64,000 nucleotides of DNA, from assembly GCA_010909165.1 (NCBI GenBank), contig MU008156.1:868001-932000 (forward strand). Direction: 5' to 3'. The position numbers and the translations under genes were made by a program. Origin of the DNA: Anthoceros angustus. Lineage: Eukaryota > Plantae > Anthocerotophyta. Positions 56,935-64,000 of this stretch are shown here, in pieces (position 1 is the first letter of the stretch; each line of letters starts with the position of its first letter). The notes beneath the pieces were generated by a model. The model ran no database searches and was not told the DNA's origin. It was given only the letters and a program-made list of their open reading frames with translations.

Positions 56935-59567
56935 TCAACTCACTTGTTCTCCAATCAGATCAAGCCCCACAGCCAGGAAAGCTAGTCCTTGGAAAAGGAG
57001 GAAATAAAAGTGCACACCTTTGGCTGATAATAAGCTCCTTGCTGACGCGGTCAGCAGCAAAAATGATAAAGTGAGCTCCTTCCTGTACAGTCGATTGGTC
57101 TTCTTCTTCAAAAAGGGCACTGGACTGGGTGCAACCTGCTGCTGTGGGTGCTTACCCATACCTTCCAGGTTCACTGCTGATGCCCCGCGACGGTGGCCAG
57201 CCAACGGCAACTCAGCATCCTCTTCTGTCTCCTTTTGGACAATGGCCAGAAGATCTGCCTCCGACGATCGTCCCATCTTCTTGGTGACGACCCACTCATA
57301 GGCACTACCAAGTTGGAAAAGTCCCGACACCATGGCATTGAACTTGGTCACAGACATGGTGTTCTCAAAAAGCAAGTATGGAACGAGGAACGGAAAAGAC
57401 TTGGGGGCAGGTAGAACATTCAGGAAGGACATCAGGGCAGGTATGTAGCACACCACCCACAGGGGAAGGTGCGCCTCAGGGACAAACATGGTCATGGGTA
57501 GAATGATGCAGAAAAGAGTGAAAGAGTAGAAGGGAAGGATAAGTTTCCTCAGGAGGAAGAAGAGGAAGATAAGGTTGGCTTTCTTTCCAAGAGAAATCTG
57601 CACCGATCACAAGGAAGCACAAAGAATCAGCAAACGTGACAAAATCACTTCGTGGCTGTGACAAATCAAAATAGAAAGCTGCTTTTCTCCGGCAATTCAA
57701 ACTCCACTCACTTGTGATTTGATGATGTCAGGCAGACAGAGACGGAACAGCTGCATCGGGCCAGAGTGCCAGCGATGCTGCTGCTTCCTGTATGCCTCAT
57801 ACGACTCGGGGAGTTCACAGATGCACTGTGCACAGAGCCACACAGGATGTAAAATAGTCAGGATCTAGGAACCATACATCCACCTGTCAGAACTACTTGA
57901 AAGATGTTAACTACACGCAATAAGGGTGTCACCTTCACATCATTCAGGAAAATAAACTTCCAACCCTTCAGATGAGCTCGCACTGCAATATCCATGTCCT
58001 CCACGGTGGTCCTTTCAAGCCAGCCACCCGAATCTTCAAGAGCTTTGATTCTCCAGACGCCTGCTGTTCCGTTGAAGCCAAAGAAGTTGAGAAATACCCC
58101 ATTTACTTGCTGCTCCACTTCAAAGTGGAATGATAAATTGATATTCTGCAATCGTGTCAGCAAATTCTCGTCCCTGTTGATAAAAGCCCACCGAGTCTGC
58201 ACAAGACCCAGCTCGGGATTGTCCTGCACAAGACAAGGAGAAAGAGAGTGCACAAGCTCAGTATCTGGCCACACAGCAGAACATCAAGCGGACAAACTTC
58301 GACAGAAGATAGTACTAAACATACAATGAAATGGGGAACAGTCCGCTTGAGGAAGTCAGGCTGAGGCTGGAAATCAGCATCGAAAATAGCAACATATTCA
58401 TAAGCCTTGACGTAGTCGCACAGCATCCCAGCTTTCAAGTTTCCGGCCTTGTAACCAGTTCGATTGCGGCGGTGCCTGTAAACGGCGTGCACGCCCTTGA
58501 GGGACCATTTCTGCACCTCCGCCTTGATGAGTTCCTGAGTGGAGGGGTCATCTGAATCGTCCAGTACTTGAACGAGCATTTTAGACCTAGGCCACTCCAT
58601 GTTGCAGACTGCCGCCAGAGACTGCTGGTAAACCTGGGAAGGCGGCGTCACAAGAAAGTTGTCAAACACAGACGAAGCAACCACAGCACATGCATGTCAG
58701 CAGGAAGCAGTGCATGGAGAACCCTACGCGATCAAAGATCTGAATGCCTTCCAACACAAAACGACACAGCCGGGGTCCAACAGCAAGGAACGACAGAAAA
58801 ACGCAGTGCAGGGCATGACGGAATCCGAGAAAGCCTGTGCCTACCTCCCTCTCGTTGCACATTGGTATCTGAACAAGAACATGCGGGTAGGCAGCATCCG
58901 GATTCTCCAGATCATCCGGCGTATCGAATGACGCCACGTTGGGCACCGGAACAACGCGCCTATACTTGATCCAGATACAGCCCAGGCAGAGCAGCAGCCT
59001 GTCCGCAGACTGGATGAGGAAAAGAATGATGCAAGCGTCCGCCAGCAGCTGCAGCGGAGGCGCAATGTAATTGGAGCGCAGAAAGATCCAGGACAGGTAG
59101 ACGACATGCGGCAGGCTCTGTACTTCCACCACAGTGGGCATGTGGAGATGCGGCCGGGTGAAGTGCCAGCCCTTGAAGTAGGCCAGTATCTCCACCCCCA
59201 GCATGACGATGGAGAAGAACAAGAAAATCCTGATGCAGTGGTAGAGCCTTCCCTTGTGCGGCTTGTCCGACGGAGGCGGCACTCCCTCTTGGAAAATCAG
59301 GCGCTTCTTCACAGCAGCAAGCACGGTCCAGAGCCCCATGGCGAGCCAGGCCACGCAGCCCGCAGCCCGGTGCGCCTTGAGCATGAGCACCCAGGTAAGC
59401 TGCTTGGTATTCTTGTCCCGATTCTTGTCTGCCTCAAAGACTCCAGCCTTGGGGCTCTGCAGCTCCAGCATGGACCAGTTGGGATTCTCCATCTTCACCA
59501 CCACGGGCGTGCCCCTGTGCGCCTCCTTCGTCCCCAACCACTCCCCGATATTAAAGCTAGGTGGCAT
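56935..59567 (-). CDS. CSLC: Cellulose synthase-like C (xyloglucan backbone beta-1,4-glucan synthase); 5 exons (58845-59567, 58325-58633, 57933-58223, 57712-57825, 56935-57597), about 699 aa
   Basis: [78 protein letters not shown]. All introns are GT-AG and phase 0. Confidence 0.97.
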
Positions 59568-60364
59568 TGTGACAGTTTCTCCGTATCAACCGCTCCCGCA
59601 AGCAAAGACGCAGAATCAGAGTGAGAGCAGGAGCTCCGCAACCGCAACCGCTGCACCCCGATCTCCTACGTGCATGCCGCAGCAGGCGCGCAGGGCGAGG
59701 CCGGCACAGCCCGGCGGCCCATCCCGGGCTTCCCACACCGCTCCCTGGCCGCCTCCGCAACAGCAGCAAGCGCTCACCAATCCGCGTCCCGCCGGGAGCA
59801 TCCCCCGCCCTCCCGGATTGGACCCACAAAAATGCCCGCAATGCAGCCCCGGATCCGGCGAGCCCAGCAGGCGGGTCAGCTTCCGGGAGCGGGGGCCCTC
59901 TTGGGCGCCATCGCTGCAGCAATGCCGGGGGCCCGGAGCTTCCCTCCGGAGGCGAGCTCTCCAAGCACGGCCCGAGATGGAAGACGAGAGCTGCGCAGGC
60001 CCCGCAGGAGCGGGGTAAAGAAGCCTGGTCGCGGGGAGGGGGCGGGCGCGGGGGACAGCGACTGCGAGGGACGGCGGGCGAGGAAGCAAGGAAGCAGAGC
60101 TTTCTGGCGCACCAACCGGGCCGGCGTGGGAGAGACGAGGAGCAGGAGAGGAGGAGGGAGCAAGGGAGATGATGAGTGAAGAGGAGGCTGCAACAGCAGA
60201 CAACAGCAATGGGCTACCAGTCGGCTCCCTGCCGGACGCAGCTTGCCGATGGCCGCAGCTTCCTACACTGCGCTGCTCTGCTCTGCTGCTTCTGCGGCCG
60301 CGTCTGGCCCGGCCTCTCACTCCATAGCCCGCCTGCCCGCCAGCCTGCCACGCCCTGAAGACCC

Positions 60365-60399
60365 AGAGAGAGAGAGAGAGAGAGGAAATAGAGAGAGAG
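60365..60399. repeat. (GA)n microsatellite in the CSLC 5' region
   Basis: agagagagagagagagagg...agagagag. Confidence 0.8.
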
Positions 60400-63300
60400 T
60401 GCGGTGTGGGAACCTGGACCCGACGCCCTGGACCGGGCTATGCCGGTCCCGGTGACAGCAAAGAAGAGGAGAGCCGACGCCAGCTGGCTGCCCGACACTC
60501 CCCCCTCCTGCTGCCCGGTTTGAAAGTTGGTTTGTCCCGTTGAGCTGTCTTTTACCCTGGCGCCGTGGCCCCCATTTCTCGTTATTATTCAATCCGCCTC
60601 GCCAGCACCTGCCCTGCCTTCTCGACTCCCTTGATTTTGCAAAATTCGCCATATCTAATCATCGCTTCGTTGCTCCAACTACCACTTCCATTGCAGCCTT
60701 ATTACAAGCACACTCAGATACACATATATATTTATCATAATATGATGACATCTATAACTTCTCCTTCTTATGATGTCGAGACGGTAGAGATCCAAGGAGG
60801 GCTGGACCATGTATCAACATTCTAGGTGGAGCGAGAAGAAGAAGAAGAAGAAAAGCCAGGAGACGATACATGTACATATATTCAAGTCGTGTGAAACCCA
60901 GATATCATGTGGATGCTTCTTAAAATTGTCCATGCTTTTCACCTCGGTGCAAATTGCATGGTACTAAATTCCATGACCCAACACCGACTCCATACTAGAT
61001 TTGTTTTTGTCCTGTTTTTTTTTTAACAGAGGAAAGAATAATACTTATTCATCAGGCACTTTCGGTCGCTTTGCTTGGGTGGAGGGGAGTGGAATGGACT
61101 CCGACTGGAAGATCATTGGAGGGTGCAGGAGATGGTGGTGTCGCAGCGGGGTGCAAGGGAGGGTGGTGGACCAGGGACCCACAGACCCGGGAGCGCCACG
61201 AGCAGGGAGAAGGGAGAGGGAGAGGGAGAGGGAGCAGGGCTCAAGAAACGCTAGCTTGTTTCCTGGCAGTTTCTCTTCTCATGCTCTTTCGGTCGTACAT
61301 GGCAGACAGAGCTGGCAACTCTGGGTCCTGGATTGTTCACGGCTCAACACGGCTTGGTGGGCGGCACTCGAGTTTAGTAGCCGCGGCCCCGAGGGCAACT
61401 GGTTCTTCCAACCGACCCGTGGCCGGCTGCGCAGTGGTATGTGCAGACACATGTCACAGTTCGGGGTTTGAGCGCGGCCCTCGATTCCAAGCCGTCGCCT
61501 AGCGCGTTTGTCGCCGACTGTGATGCGTGTGCGGAACAACCCAGGCATCCAAAATGCCGCTCAAACCCGAAACGAACCCCGCCTTCCAGTCAACCTGGGC
61601 TACTCTCGTTCAGAGACTCCGCAACTGGAAATGGGCCTTCGAAGACGAGCCCCTGTTGACAGAGGGAGATGCAAACACAGCCATGCATCCAGGAACTCTG
61701 CGAATATGAAGGGATTAGCGGGATCTCGAGCTGCAGGTCATTTCCTTCCCCGTGGGCACGTTTCCCGCTCATCTCTGGATGTTGCTTCCCGCGATAATTA
61801 ATTAACGAAAAAGTGAGGAGCGGTGGAGCGTTAAGCAGGAGGATCTGATGGGCTGGATCCCGGAATCTGTCGCAACAGGCGCTTGGCGAAGGGCATGGCA
61901 GACTTGATATTTGAGGCTAAAGCCATAGTGTATTGCATGTGCGTGCGCAGGCGGGCGGCTCTGCCTCTCTCGCTCGGCTGCTTCTCCCCTCACCACCGAC
62001 TGCACGGCACGTGTGGCATTCACACATCGCCTCCTGTAGGACCGCCTTTACCCTAACTTTGTGCTGACCGTTAAAGCCCACAACGGCCGGAAGCCCACGG
62101 TGGGGCCGCGCACGCCCCGTTTGCAGTTTCCCGTTCTCCCAAGTGCCCACAAGTATGTTACGTATGTATGCTGGCGGAAAGCGTATTCTACGCCCGTGGC
62201 CAGTACATGCCACCGTTGATGCCAAGTCGCTTTACATTCGTTTACTACAAAAAAAACATGTCCCCCTCCCTACACTGCATGCTACCGGGTGGGGTCAAAG
62301 TGCACCCTTTTAAGACCTGTATTGTTGTCCTTCGTATTTTACTCGCTTTACTATCTTTTGTATTTATCGTTTGCATCTGTAAGGCTGGCAAATCATGTAA
62401 ACCATGACTGAGCTCAGTATACGTACTATCCTTCGTATTTTGTTGTTTGTTTTAGTCACCCTCGCAGGCCATATCAGGAGCTCCTAAGTTGTTGCAACAT
62501 GCTCCCCAGCACTCATCTACTCCCAGCAAAACCACGTAGAACGCATCAAAATCCACAATCCAAACGATTTTCAAGGCAAATTGGCTTCACAACCGAATAC
62601 AAACAAGCCAGCGCTGGTAACCACTGGTTACAGCTACCGAGCGCAAAAATGGACCGGCCATGTGCCCGACGGCAAATAGCAGGCCGCCAGGCCCCAGGGC
62701 CGGTACAGTCTCAGGGGCCCCCCCTCCTCCCCAACCGGCCTCACCTCGGTTCAGAAACGGGGAAGGGACGCAAGAACCGGGAGGCCACCGACCCACCGCC
62801 GGCTACCAGCGGTATCCCGCACCGGCAGCTGTGCGAGACGGTGGAGGACGCAGTGGGGTCGTGGGGCCGGCACGGCAGGTGTGTGTTTTTTCAGGCTAAC
62901 CAGAGAGAGGTTGTGCGGGCGTATGTCCGCGGGCCGGCTTCGTGAGCCTCGGTTTGAGTCGATCGAGGATCGAGGCGCATGGGTGATGATGGGAAGGGAC
63001 CCGGACATGGAGCAAGTACGCCTCGGCTGAGGCAACAAAGCAGCACATGCTTTAGAATTTTTCACTTCGCACTGTAAGCACAATTTGAGGCAGAAGGGTA
63101 CGAAAGTCTCCAGTCTTATGCTCGAGACTTTGGTGATTTGCGAGCTGTACTACTATGTTGTCTTTCGATGACGCATGGTTTCATCACAAATACTTAGCAC
63201 CCGTATATGGCATAGGCGCAATCCCTGGATGGAGCTGGTGTGGACTGCCAAGAGGTCCACCGTCCGCAAGTTAGAGAAGAAAGGGCTGAGGTTGGGCGGG

Positions 63301-64000
63301 AGGAGAGCAGGAGTTGCGGGTACGCATCCACAGCTGGGTCGCTTTGGAACTGTGGATGATGGCCTGCTCCTTGCTGTGTGTGTCAGGATTCGGCTTCAGG
63401 CTTTGGCTGGCTTCACATGTTTCTGGGCGTGGCCACTTTCCCCTCCTGTGACTTCAGCAGCTTACAGAGGCTGGGGTGAAAGAGTTCAGTTGAGGTAGAT
63501 CGGGAGACTCATCGGAGGCGTAGTTGCATGCGCAACAGACAATCAGAGGGGAAAGAAAAGGAAAGCAAACAGGCTGTGACAGTGCCCTAGATACCTGAGG
63601 CGTCACTGCATGGGAGGCCGGGAACACAAGTCCATGGACATTGATTGGGGCGTCCTCCGTCCACGCCCTCATTCGCACCATGAAACAGACACGGAAGCAG
63701 GAGGTGCGATTGTTGCCCGGGGAAGCGCGTCTCCGGTACCTTGTCGCGTGTCCAACAGGGTTGAACCGTAGGGTGAAACGTAGGTTCCATCAATTTTGCA
63801 ACACTTCACATTTGCAAAGGCTGTCACTGGAATAATAATATAATTGCAGAGTACAAGAGGAAGGGGTTCGCCGTTTAAGGCACCGAGTACAGAACGCCCA
63901 CACATTTATTTTACCAGGTAAGCAAATGATAACTTCCTCCAGACCTCTGCACGGATCTACATACCTACACCGAAAACGAGAAGAAGCTTTCGGAGCAGTT

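Noticed and set aside
60500-64000. ORFs upstream of CSLC
   Set aside because: No recognisable domain or splice-consistent model; treated as intergenic or regulatory sequence.

Overview
Eukaryotic, land-plant-type DNA: GT-AG introns, GC-rich host codons and TTTAGGG motifs. A bryophyte such as a hornwort is plausible but cannot be proven from the sequence. Two intact intron-containing host genes, an NPF/PTR transporter (6124-8270, minus) and a CSLC glucan synthase (56935-59567, minus), bracket a ~45-kb transposon-dense accessory island. The window also holds three decayed pieces of a RECQ1-type helicase gene, three AT-rich intronless ATL-like TM-RING-H2 genes (two open, one pseudogene, two forming a large inverted repeat), an intronless papain-like protease, Copia/Gypsy/MULE remnants and several minisatellites. 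Two candidate undescribed mobile systems stand out. (1) A CACTA/Tnp2-linked DNA transposon family with non-canonical AACAC(G/C) termini, 4-bp TSDs and a second, unrecognised gene. It appears as two near-identical ~2.4-kb non-autonomous copies plus a fragmented putative autonomous partner. (2) A ~165-185-bp SINE-like element with a 5S-rRNA-type A/C-box head, a 3' stem-loop and an AATAAA-(TTC)n tail, present twice, once as the middle layer of a three-level nested insertion. Several 1.2-2.3-kb tandem duplications between 18 and 40 kb differ mostly by small indels and may be long-read assembly artefacts. All protein family calls are by-eye motif recognition, not database results.
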